NCBI GenBank assembly: GCA_032718475.1
Contig: JAUCBJ010000293.1
Location: 15,429-79,428, forward strand
Source: Nemertoderma westbladi
Lineage: Eukaryota > Animalia > Xenacoelomorpha
Direction of reading: 5' to 3'
DNA: 64,000 nt
A program made the translations under genes and the position numbers. Positions 22,973 through 35,039 of this stretch are shown one piece after another. The first letter of the stretch is position 1. Each line of letters starts with the position of its first letter. Under the pieces are notes generated by a model. It was not told where the DNA came from. It searched no databases and was given only the letters and a program-made list of their open reading frames with translations.

Positions 22973-25889
22973 CACCATGACCCATAATATAGTGTCATTT
23001 TCTGATGACACGGACCCCCCTCAAATTTTTCTACAAATCTTTATCATATTGTTTGAAATTTGAAACACAACAAGTTCAACTCACCGTGGTTGTTACCATG
23101 AAGCCGGAATTTTCGATTTCGCCTTTAAATTTTTTCTATAAGCGTTTTAAAAAAGTGTCTTTTGCGAAATAGCTCCATCCGTATCATTGTCATTCTTCAC
23201 ATTAGTCGTAATTTTTTCATATCAATAGAAAGCTTGCGTTGCAAGGATTCCAAATGTGTAACAATGTCTGAATTTCGTTGAGAAACAGCTGAGATATAGG
23301 CATTCAAAGATTGCAAGAATTATTGTTCGTTGCATGCCATTTATTCTATTTAATAAATGGCTCATTCCATGAAAAGGTCAACCTCCCCACTAATTTCTAA
23401 AAATGAGATGTAGCTTTGAATTTATACTTATTTTAGGTCAAAATTTATCGTACTTCATGAATTCAGTGCTAAAAATTGTATCAACACAGGTGGTTTATCA
23501 AAAATAGTCGAATTACAAATTATGCACCTGCTCTGCACAAAATGTGAATAAAAGTGTGCAAAAGTTTCGTTTCCTGTAGGCACTTCCTATGACCAATAAA
23601 TTAACATTTCTGAGCATGTACCAAATCAAAAACAAACCCATTTTCGAATTTTTTTGGTTTCATTTAATTTCACCAGTGTTTCATTCCTCTGTAATGAAAT
23701 CGATAAAGTTAATCTTGTGATGTCCCATACTTTACCTAAAATAGTGAAATTTTTAGTTTATTCACAGAGATGTAACTCGGCCTAATCACCCAGTGGAATG
23801 CAAAGCACGTTTGTGTTGCGTCATCGTATAAAACAATTAGTTTCATCTTCACTCCCTCAGAAATATCATGGCGGCCAATTAAAAATTGTCCCATACTTTA
23901 CCATCAAAATGGCGATTATATTAGTGCACTGTATTAATGTAATATGTGAAGCCAGGAGTGTTATAATACTCTAAGGTCATAGTCGGCCGTAAGAATAGGA
24001 GTCTATATTTGAACTGAGAATCATTCCTCAGTCAAGAAATCCTTGGGTTTATGCATGTAAAGTCCCATACTTTACCAAAAAATAGTGAAATTTTTAATTT
24101 ATACACAGAGAAGTAGTCTAACTAAGCCCAATCACCCAGTGGAATGCAAAGCACGTTTTTGTTGCGTCATCTTAAGAAACAATTACCTGTAGTTTCATAA
24201 TCTACTCCCTCAGAAACATCATAACGGCCAATTGAAAATTGTCCCATACTTTACCATTATAATGGCGATTACATTAGTGCACTGTATTAATGTAATATAT
24301 GAAACCTGGAGGGCAGGAGTGTTATAATGCTTTAGGGTGATGGTAGGGGGAAGCATAGAAGTATGTATTTGAACTAAGAATCATTCCTCAATTAATTAAT
24401 CATTGAGTTTATGCATGTAAAGTCCCGTACTTTACAACAAATTTCAAAAAATTTAGTTTTTTAGCAGATAAGAAGATCGGTAAGTACAGTAATTGATACA
24501 TTTTCAGAAAAAATGGAAAGAAATTCTAAACTTTTTACAGACTACATACCAAGTTTGGTTATATTTCATCAATGATTGGCGGACTTATTTCGGTTTTTAT
24601 CAAAATTTTGAAACTATCGGTACCAACAGACAGACTGTCTGATATGTGACCTTTGATTCCTTAAACTTCAGATTCTTTCTAAACTTTTGACAGACTTCAT
24701 ACGTACCAGGTTTGGTTTGATTTCATCTAAAAATGACCGAGATATACAGTATTAGCGATCAAAAATTAGACAGATGACATACAACTCCTAAGGGCACCCA
24801 TATGCTAAGACTTCGGGTCAATTTGTGGGCCGCCCCACATTTTGTATCCATATCTTGGTTGGAAATACTTAGTTGCACATTATTATCACTAATTATCCAG
24901 AAATTACTGTTAGTTTAAGTGTAAGAGACCATTTTGACCATAAAATTCGTACAGGTCCCGTACTTTACTTAGCAATGTCCCATACTTTACCACACAAACC
25001 ACACTGTAAAAAATTAGCAATGCAGCAATTCGTCTTATATTTATATTTTTATTTAAGCTTAATAATACAGCTTTATCCTAAACATCAACTCAACACCGTA
25101 CCTGCGCACAATTCGCTAAATTTTAGAATTGAAATCATAAATTAAAAAATGCCATTTCGTACGAATCCGTACTTTACCTTAATTGGACAAGCTGGCATTT
25201 TCTCAAAAGTGACTAAGTCCCGCCATAAGCTTCGCGAAATCAAAGCTGATATTCGAAAGTTTAATCCAAGCACAATTTTGTGCACATATGTGCTGTGGAT
25301 AACATTGTACAGGCAATCAAAGTTCAAAATTGTGTACGAATGTCCCGTACTTTACTTTGGAATGAGCCAAATACACAATATTCTGGGACAATTTGTTTAA
25401 GTATGATTAGCTAGGCAATATAGATATTGTATAGGCATTCCGCTGTTGCCTACCAACTCATAAAATAAATAACACGTTCTAGAATTTTGTGTATTTATTA
25501 AATAGAATAAATGGCCTGCAGCGAACAAATATTTTTGCAATCTTTGAATGCCTATATCTCAGCTGTTTCTCAACGAAATTCAGATATTGTTACACATTTG
25601 GAATCCTTGCAACGCAAGCTTTCTTTTGATATGAAAAAATTACGACTAATGTGAAGAATGCAATGATACGGATGGTGCGATTTCGCAAAAGACACTTTTT
25701 TAAAACGCTTATAGAAAAAATTTAAAGGCGAAATCGAAAATTACGGCTTCATGGTAACAACCACAGTGAGTTGAACTAGTTGTGTTTCAAATTTCAAGCA
25801 ATATGATAATGATTTGTAGAAAAATTTTGGGGGGGGGGGGGGGGGGGTCCGTGTCATCAGAAAATGACACTATATTACGGGTCATGGTG
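22973..25889. mobile_element. Long-TIR non-autonomous DNA transposon (TA TSD, CAC termini; EnSpm- or Tc1/mariner-like)
   Basis: TA|CACCATGACCC...GGGTCATGGTG|TA; ~400-bp TIRs (22973-23358 continuing at 25373, versus ~25478-25889). Confidence 0.88.
23359..25368. mobile_element. Nested non-autonomous DNA transposon with 4-bp TSD (Sola1-like)
   Basis: TIR GGCTCATTCCA...TGGAATGAGCC; TSD AAAT; removing it restores the host TIR; ~9 co-oriented GTCCC(A/G)TACTTTAC motifs; ~350-bp internal tandem duplication. Confidence 0.8.
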
Positions 25890-27399
25890 TATTTACATCA
25901 TTGTGTGCTAAGTAGTACTTTGCAGCGATCTGTCGCGAGTTTATTTATGTACCGAGCGAGCGCAGCGAGGGAGGTTTACATAAATAAACAAGAGTCTTTA
26001 ACGCTGAAAAGTGACCTTTGCAAGCAATTATGTATGTAATTTTGTTGCAATATGTCAACTTATCAGCGTTCGGTATGTGAAGAAATGATTTTATGGATGC
26101 TCATTTGAACATTTTAATCATGCACTATTTCGAATATTAGTGAAATTTTTTTACAGGTACCGGTGCTATACTTTTAAATCTAATTAGAGTTTATTGTTGT
26201 TATCTTCTGCATGGATGTGATAAATCTTTGATCCATCGTTGATTGAAACAAGCTGAGTCACCGTCACTTGGCTTAATGTTATATACGTTGTATGGAGTTC
26301 TATGATTACTGTAGTACTGCAACTGTACTGTAATGTACTCAATGTACTCGATAGCTAAAGTAATATCGATTAATTAATTACCAACAACCCTCATTTCATT
26401 CTACTTGAACGATTATCATATGGACCAGGCGCAATGAAATACGTAATTTAATATTTTAAAAATTTAATAGCAGTGCGCTCATCGAGTAGTTACTAAGTAC
26501 AGTTTTTAAAGAATGGGTGATAAGGAGTTGTAGCGGCGGAATTTTATCTGTTTATCACTCGTAATGCAGGTGCTTAATGCATGCCGAATATGTAAAAAAC
26601 AGCTGTGTACATGCAAACATATAACTGTAACCTGTTCTATTGACTTTTGTTTATTGTTTTGTTTAGAATAATGTACAACTGAAATCTGCTCCTTTCGCTT
26701 ATTTGATAATTTAACAATGAGAAGAGATATTAATTTCCCGATATGTGGATTTGAGTCCAAGTACTCACGCCCCATGTCTCATTTATTTTACATGTGGTGC
26801 GGAACAGAAAGCGGGATAATTGCATTATATTTTACCAGAAATAGTGAACAATGTAGATACTGTAGATAACACCGGTATTGAGTAGCTGGAACTGCGATTA
26901 GATTAGAGTTTGTTCACTATCCCTAATCGTACATTGAACTTCCGTGGTTTGCTTTGTTTGGATCTGGGATGTCATTTGAAGTGGAGAATGGCTCGGTTGG
27001 TATACAATACATTGCGTAGAGAGTGTGACTTAGATCGCGATTAGATTGCTGGTTGATAATATTGCGATTTTTTTACGTTGTATTATTTACAAATACGTAT
27101 CCACACATGCATAATAATTAGCTTTCCTTACTGCCATGTCAATCCTAATAATAGACTTCTTCTGCTCCTAAAAAAACGGCTTTTAAAAGTATCTCAAAAT
27201 AATTCCAAGTGTTATAAAAATTTGCTTACTGTTTTGGTTTCGCAGTCGAGAAGACTGACTTGAAAATAGCTCGCATAAAACAGAGCCCTTCAACGACTTG
27301 TTATAACGCTAACGCCAAGTTCAAGGCATTATTTTGGCCCTTGAGATGAATTCAGATTCTGTTTTAGTATAACTCAAAGAATTCCTGGTAAGCTGCTAA

Positions 27400-28155
27400 T
27401 AAAGCTGCGTAACTAATTTTCCTAATAATCAATTGTCTTCGTAATATAACCGTACTTTTGGCATTTTTTTTAGACGTTTTTTGAAAATTATATTTCATGA
27501 ATTATGATTTGTAACATCTCTATTTTTAATTTACACCGGTTTTTTGGCGTTCGCAATTAGATGGAATTCATATAAAATGAACTATAAATTTCAAAATTGC
27601 TTTATTCGTGCCAAATTTTGGTGCCAGCACCAAATTTTGAAGTATGTCAATTTTGAAAATTGATTGTTTGAATCCGTTTTTTCCAATTGGGTATTTTGTG
27701 GTTCTGGTTTTGTTGGAATATATATAGGAGTTGCACCAGGCATAACAACTTGTATTTTTCGGTGCTGTGTGCAAAATTTGGTGTCAGCACGAAATTTTGA
27801 AAAAATCCATTCAATAGTTCAATTATTGTGATCACTTATTTCTCGCATTTTAGAGGTTTATGGGGGTTCTGAATTTAATGGAATAAATAATTTTCTAACT
27901 AGACTCTCAAACTTTCATTTTTCGGAAGTGGTAATAGAAAAATAAATTAGCTAAAATTGTAGCTTTCAATATTTTTGAAACTTGTTCACTACTTGAAGTT
28001 ATGGTGCTGCCAAATAAACACCCCAGTCAATTGTTTCGAACATTTCTTTTTCGTTCTGATACAGACTAGTGAAAACTACGTACCAACATATAATCAGACG
28101 TTTTCGTTAAAATCTGTAGATTTTAGAGGGGGGTGTGGGGGGGGGGGGGGGGGTC
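27400..28155 (-). mobile_element. Diverged, partly deleted inverted copy of the piggyBac-like MITE at 35040-36603
   Basis: Reverse complement of 27450-27860 matches ~35990-36410, and 27950-28130 matches ~35120-35305; shares GGTGCTAGCACC-type palindromes. Confidence 0.75.
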
Positions 28156-29280
28156 TCTTATTACAGCTGTTATTTACGTGGGTTTTCCCTGGAGAAAGCT
28201 GGATTTCGATTGTATATTGGAGTCCCTCCCTGTTTAACATTTGCTCTTGTCTTCCAGCTATGGTCAGTTGATTTAGAGTTGCACCATCTACATAGAATCA
28301 TATTAACTATTACATTGAGTTGCTAATCCCAGTGCATTAGCTTGCTATATGCTATACGACATGGGGAGTACACGTCCGTGAGTATTATTAGAGCTCGAAT
28401 TAGCTCGACTATGTGCCGCCAGGATTATATTATGATTATTAAAAGCGCAGATTTTAAAGAATAACATTATATAGATAAATGGCCACGCTACACTTATAAC
28501 TTATGGCAATAACCTATACGCGTTTGCTTGTCCATCATGCCTCACATGGCACAGGATATAGAAACATTTAATAAAAAAAAATAATAACTGTCCAAATCCC
28601 GAATCAATAGAATAGCCGAGTCATAATAAGGTGCCCCTTCCACATGATTATTGATTGTATACCGGATGTTAACATTCTGTGAAGCTTCCAGTTTGGAACA
28701 ATTTTGACGAATAAGCCTACTGTAATTATTATCAATTGCCTGTGGTGTATGTAATAATTTCATTAAAAATCAAAAGTTTATTTGAAACGACCAAGGCTTA
28801 TTATTACAGCAAAAGAAAAAGAATGTGTAAGTAAACAAGTGAGAAATACAGGATTGCTCTTTGGATGGGATCTTTTTCCTATTCTTTGGGAGTACAAACG
28901 GTACAACGGTACAAACAGTAACAATGGGTGTATCTCTCGCAGGGATTCATTTCTTCTCTTATCGGTTACTGCTACTACTCAAACCTACATGGAACCCCCA
29001 ATCCTTCATACGGCGGGCGGGTTTTTCAAGTTATACCAGTCAAGTCGTCAAGGAGGGCTTCTCCATATTTTTAGACACATTATCACGATGGTCTGTTTGG
29101 TAAGCAAGCGTTATAGTGGGCCACTACTGTCAGTCGCGGACACCACAAATGTACGAAATAGGGTAAGATCGATCAGGGACTTATAACCACTTGGACTTTT
29201 ATGTGTAATCAACCGCATGGTTTCTTCTGAAACATAGTTCAGCCGAAAACAGTTCATCAGCCATAATGAAATCTTGAGAT

Positions 29281-32200
29281 AGACCCTCTTACTAGGGCAA
29301 ATCTGGTCCTGTAACTAGGACCTCCTTCGTTCTGGGATAAGGACGCCGTTGGTCCTGGATTAAGGACCCATATACTTGGCTGCAGGGGTATATGGCCTGA
29401 CCAGGCAGATGGTGATCAGCCAATGGCTGGTCAGGAGTAGAGTGTTCTCATGTCCACTCTGAGTGCACTTCACTGCGACCTGCACCTGGCAGCAGCGGTA
29501 CAGGGCATGACCCAGCAGATGAGCTGCACAGCCAATGGTGGGTCATGTGCGCCAGAGTAGATATGGGTGATGGGCCTCATATCTGACTCCACTGCGACAC
29601 CCACCCTGTGGAATGGCAAACCAGGGTGTGGTATTTGCCCCGAGAGCTGACTCGGCAAAAAAGCACCCCCCAACCCCCACTATGGATTACATTAGTAATG
29701 CGGAGGTCCGGCCACTAGAGGCCAGTGGAATTACCGGACACAATCGGCCTCACAGGCGTCAGTTATCTCCTGACCGGCTGCCTGCCTCACCCCCTACTGG
29801 AGAGAGAGCAGCCAACAATTCTTTGAGTCCCTTTCCTGATGACCTTTCTGGCCCAAACCCTGGGTCACCAGGGAGGACAGATTGTGATGGGGAGAGGGAT
29901 TCTGGAGTTGGAGGCTACTCTCATGTTCCACCCCGATCAACAAAGCCATTGGTGAATCTGAGGCAAGTCACTAGACTAGCCTCAATAAACACCCTAACAC
30001 TCTGGTCCCCAATGCAACAAGGTGAGCTGACTGCCTTGGCAGATAAGCTTTCTCTTAGCGCAGTGGGTGTTCAAGAGCACCGAATGCAGACTGGACAGAC
30101 TGATGAGGTTCTGATTAAGGACATGGGGGGCGGTTGGCGACTCGCACTCGTGTCAGCAGATGATAGTGGAAATGTTGGTATTGGTCTATTGATGAATCCA
30201 ACTGCACATGCAGCATTGGACAAAATAGACCACATCTCTAACCACATCATTCGTTGCCACTTCTCATGGAAGACTGGCTAAGAAGTTTCCTAAGGTGGTT
30301 GTGATTGTGTGCTACTCTCCAACTAGTGTTGCCCTTGTAGAGGAGGTGGACAATTTCTACCAGAATCTACAAGCAGGTACTGATTGAGTGGATCAGCATG
30401 CATTCTTAACATTCCTGAGAGACTTTAATGCAAGTCTGCATCAATCACCTACATCGCCCTGGGTCTATAGCAATAGTGTTAACCGAAATTCCGTCCATCT
30501 TCAGGATTTTATCTCTGGAAATGGATTGTTTTCGGCTGGAACCCAGTTCAAGAAGCGAACTGGAAAGCTATGGACTGATAGTGGACCCAGTGGTCACAAG
30601 TCCCAGATAGACCATATCCTGTTTCGTAGGAAATACAGGAGCTCTATACAAGACTGTAATGCATTTACACTACGACCCTTCTCCAGTGATCACCACCTTA
30701 TTGTGGCCAAGGTAAGACTTAGTCTGCGTGCTAGCAGAACAACGAAATCTGCCTTGCCGCGGCATGACTGGTCCTCTCTGTTGCAACAGCCAAGTGTGAG
30801 ATCCAGCTTCACACTACAGCTGAGCAACAGGTATGAGGTTCTTGCCTCTGAGGCGGCAGATCAATGTGAGGGCTATACTGCCTTCACAGAGGCAGTTAAG
30901 TTAGGAGCTGCAGAAACAGTTCCTGTATACCCTCGAAACAGGAAACGGGCCCCCTGGACTGACAACAAAATTCAGAAGTGCCGAAATGACCTCTACAAGG
31001 CGCCGAAAGAGTCCCGACTCGAACAGATTACAGCGACCAAGAATGCAGTTAATGCTGCATCTAGGTCCCTGAACAGGCAGTACTCTGTTAATTTACAGGA
31101 GCTAATAAACCAACAGGTTGATGCCATCAATGATGCTGACAACAGCAGGCAATCATCCCAGGCATGGAGATGGATCAACTTGCTTGCTGGTCGAAAAAGC
31201 CAACCAACCACCAAGGTTAAGGCTGAATCACCAGCCGATCGCCTCAATGGTTGGAAGGCCCACTTTGAAAAGATCCTCTATAATGACAGGGTATTTCCTG
31301 ATAACTTTATAGAACTAAAAGTGTCTGAGTCTGTATTCCCAGATATTCCCATTGGTGATATCTCCTTTGCAGAAGTGAAGGCTGCTGCAAAGAGCATTAA
31401 GACCAAGAGTGCCAGTGGAGTAGATGATGTTCCCCCTGAGGTCTTTAAAATACCTGAGTGTTTAAAGCTCATCTATCCCATCATAGTAGACATGTACCGA
31501 ACAACAAGAGTCCCACAAGAAATGAAAACAAATAAGTTGGTGCCAGTTCCCAAGAAGGGAAACCTAACACTCTACGGTTCTTTTCGGGGAATCTCATTGA
31601 TCTCGATTGCTGCAAAGCTATACAATATAATTCTATTAAATCGTATCAGGGATCCCATTGAGAGACTGCTCCGTGGAATTCAGAATGGGTTCCTTAAAGG
31701 TCGTGGGACCATGGAGCCCATTTTGGCACTTAGAAGGATAATTGAAGAGTTATCAAAAAAGAAAGACAGGCATCTGGCTGTTATCTTTGTTGACTTCTTC
31801 AAGGCCTTTGATTCAGTCTCTCGCTCACGTATGTTCAGCATACTTTCATTATATGGGATTCCTGATGAAATTATTGCAGCAATCAGATCAGTATACGATG
31901 GTTCGACAACATTTGTGTCTACTGTTGACGGTGACACAGAACCATTTGAAGTGTTATGGGGCGTCCTCCAGGGAGACACACTTGCACCATTCTTGTTCAT
32001 AATTGTTGTTGACTATGTTCTACGCATGTCCTTAGATCATCATAATGATTATGGGGTGATGATAACTCCACCTACTGGCTCCAGAAGTCGAGGAAATCCT
32101 GCCAAGTACCTAACTGATCTAGACTTTGCTGATGACTTAGGAGTACTCTCAGAATCACTAGAGGGAGCCCAATGGCTCCTCAGCTCATTAGAACATGCTG

Positions 32201-32947
32201 CTTCTAGTGTTGGTCTTTTTATTAACTCCAGAAAGACAAAAATTTTGACAGTTACCTTTGAAAGTCCTCAGCAAGTCTCTGATCGTAAGAGCATAAGCTC
32301 AAAACATGGTATGCTATGCATGTAGATGACTTCTGTTACCTGGGATCATGGATCCGGAAGTCAGGTGAGGACCTTCGAATACGTAAGGGAAAGGCATGGG
32401 CAGCCTTGAATAGGCTTTCCAGGATTGGGAAGTCACCGAGAATTAATCGGAAACTTAAGGTCCGATTATTTAGAGCAGCAGTAGTTCCAGTACTCCTCTA
32501 TGGGAGTCCATGCTGGGCTCTAACTGCTGAGGACACCAAATCTCTGGATGGCACATTCACAAGAATGCTACGCCGGGTTCATTGTGTCAAGTACAATGCA
32601 CACATCTCCAATCAGACACTATATAACATTGGAGGTGTCTCATTGGTTCCCCCAAGCTTGACACTAGAACAAAATCGCCTCCGCTTTGCAGGACATTGCT
32701 TTCGCCGTGAGGACCAGCCAGTGCATAATCTTGTACTTTGGCAGCCTCATGGAGTGAATAAGCATGGTGGACAGCCCATGACTTTCTTGAGACGCATCTT
32801 AAAGGACACTGGCCTTGAAGATGCGGATGATCTAGCAAATGTCATGGGTGATAGGGAGTTGTGGTGGTGCAATTTTGTCGATAAGCCGGCACAGCATTCT
32901 TAAAAATGCAGCTGCAATGCAGCATGCCGATACTAGTAGTAGTAGTA
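29281..32947 (+). mobile_element. RTE retrotransposon, copy 2 (about 87 nt 5'-truncated)
   Basis: Highly similar to 8427-12072 throughout; (TAG)n tail; possible 5-bp TSD GAGAT (29276-29280, 32948-32952). Confidence 0.92.
29613..32903 (+). pseudogene. Disrupted APE-RT ORF of RTE copy 2
   Basis: Three ORF pieces matching copy 1; frameshift at ~30268, TGA at ~30385, frameshift at ~32315. Confidence 0.92.
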
Positions 32948-33123
32948 GAGATGGTTGATGTACACCCAACGCATACTTGGGATGATAGAAAAAGATGCTT
33001 TATCAAGTCCCAATAATGGTTATAATAATAAGTGAATTGTTGTAGTTGTAGCGAAAGTTGTACTTTACTTTGAGTGATTGTATGGCCTTAATATGATCTC
33101 CCACTCCATAGCGAAATTTTCAT

Positions 33124-33211
33124 CCGGTGTGGTAGCTCAGTACACTCACCCGGCTGATGATAACCAGAAGTTTGAAACCTAGGTACCGGGTTCGAGCCCC
33201 AATATGGCCGG
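33124..33211 (+). ncRNA. tRNA-derived (SINE-head-like) element with A and B boxes
   Basis: A-box-like GGTAGCTCAGT (33131-33141); B-box GGGTTCGAGCCC (33188-33199); termini CCGG...CCGG can pair; no normal anticodon arm. Confidence 0.55.
33148..33191 (+). ncRNA. Candidate type I hammerhead ribozyme
   Basis: Stem I ACCCGG/CCGGGT; core CTGATGA (33154-33160); weak stem II AAC/GTT; GAAA (33174-33177); palindromic stem III ACCTAGGT; GTA cleavage triplet ending at 33185. Confidence 0.6.
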
Positions 33212-33270
33212 TTGATATTTTTGCTATGGGAGAGCATTATCATATTGTCCTATTTACATTGTATATTTAA

Positions 33271-33559
33271 CAAGCAGGCTATACCCGAGGCATGTTACCC
33301 GGTATTTCCCGCTACCGGCATAGGCCTACTGGCGTACTGGTACCGGTATAGGCCTACTGACGTACCGGTACCCAGTACCGGTACCGAACGTGAATTAAAC
33401 TTTTCGAAAAGTGGCCTAGAACGACCGCTGGTTAAAGTTATACACACATGCCAAGTTCCAGCGCAATCCCTCGGTCCGTTTTGGAGGAGTTCGAACACAG
33501 AGAGAGAGAGAGAGAGAGAGAAAAAGAGACAGACAGAATTTGATTTTTATAGGTATAGA
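33271..33559 (-). mobile_element. Short non-autonomous Helitron
   Basis: Minus strand reads A|TCTATACCTATAAAA..CTGTCTGTCT..(CT)n..GC-rich subterminal hairpin..CTTG|T; no TSD. Confidence 0.65.
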
Positions 33560-34726
33560 TAAAGGTTATAAAGCATCTTGATCTTTCACACCAATTGCCG
33601 TGCGCGTCCTCATTCAGTTTTACTGTTCGCGCTTTCAGACCTTTAGCAGTTTAACCTGCCAATTTTAGGTGTCCTCTTGTTTATAAATCGACTTTAGCCT
33701 ATAACAATTATTTAATGCACATGAAGTAACATTAGCCGAAACCAGTCTATGCGCGATTATTCACGCACAGTTAAGGGAGACTGGATTCGGGTGCTTTGAC
33801 CTTATTGCGTTGCAGACCTACTGTATTATTCGATTGATCGTTACTATATAATCTCTGACAATATTATTCACTTTCGGGGAAATATTAACAGTTCCTTTAG
33901 GACGTGGCGCTTTAAGTATAAAACAGAGTTATGACTTATACTAAACACAACGAAATGGCTACTGATTTTCGTAAATAGCGCATTCTTTAGGAGATGCTTT
34001 ATTATCTGTCACGCTGCTGCATACGATTTCACACTGCTGCACACTGATCTGCCGACCGTCACTGAATTTGATCATATATAAGGAGGATAGCAACTGACAC
34101 ATGTAGGGATTATGAAATAGCATTTAATGCACACTAAAACCACTGTAATGTAAGTCGCAATTGCTACCGGTAACCGGTCCCTCTAACCTGTAGTAATCAA
34201 GAAGATTGGGGTTTTATGATTATTTATCGATATTCTCCAAATATAACAACATATCCATCAACATATAACCATTAATAACAGACAGTAAACAGCAGTAAAA
34301 TAATGTGGTGAGAGTCAGCCAGTTGACCAGTTTGTTGCACAGTTGCGCAGTGCAGGTGATCGGTTGACAAGTTGACAGGTGCAGTATCGGTAGTACCGGT
34401 ACCGCAGTTGGTAGGTGCAGCCAGGTGCAGTTTGATGTTTCATCAGATAATAGATTTACGTTCTTGTAATCAAAGCCGTCTAATGTTGGCCAAAGTCTGA
34501 AACTTCTAACACAGAAGTACAGAAGAATTTCCAAGCAGTTGTTCTCGCTCAGAAAGGTAAACAAAGACCGTAGTGCATTGCGCGGTTTTCCGTAGGCCTC
34601 TGTGGAAAATAAAATGAAAATCGCTCTGATTGGCTGAGCGAGCTGAACAAAGAAGTTCCACATCGACAGTAAATCAACTGACAGATTTCGTCATCTGAAC
34701 TACACTCTATTTAGAGTATTTGGCGT

Positions 34727-34860
34727 ATTGCGGCATAAAATGGCTTGTTATGTCCGCTAAAACACCTACAGGGTACATTGCGGAGAAAATGGCTTGTTAT
34801 GTCCGCTAAAACAACTAAACAGTTCATTGCGGAGAAAAATGACTGGTTATATCCGCAAAA
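34727..34860 (+). repeat. Three ~50-bp tandem repeats (likely DNA-transposon subterminal remnant)
   Basis: ttgcgga(g)aaaatggcttgttatgtccgctaaaaca repeated three times with variation. Confidence 0.65.
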
Positions 34861-35039
34861 GCTTTTACATTTACCTTGTTTTACTTTTACATTGGCGAGG
34901 TTTCTGGTGTATGGTATTCTGTATTCTGTATATTACTTTATTTCATTTGATTAATAATAATTTCTACTAAATATATAATATCATAATATAGCAATTGAAT
35001 ATAGTATGATATATAAATATAAAATAGTCATAACTTTAA

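Noticed and set aside
26506-29186. Short ORFs (89 aa, 134 aa and others) as host exons
   Set aside because: No recognisable domains or consistent splice structure.
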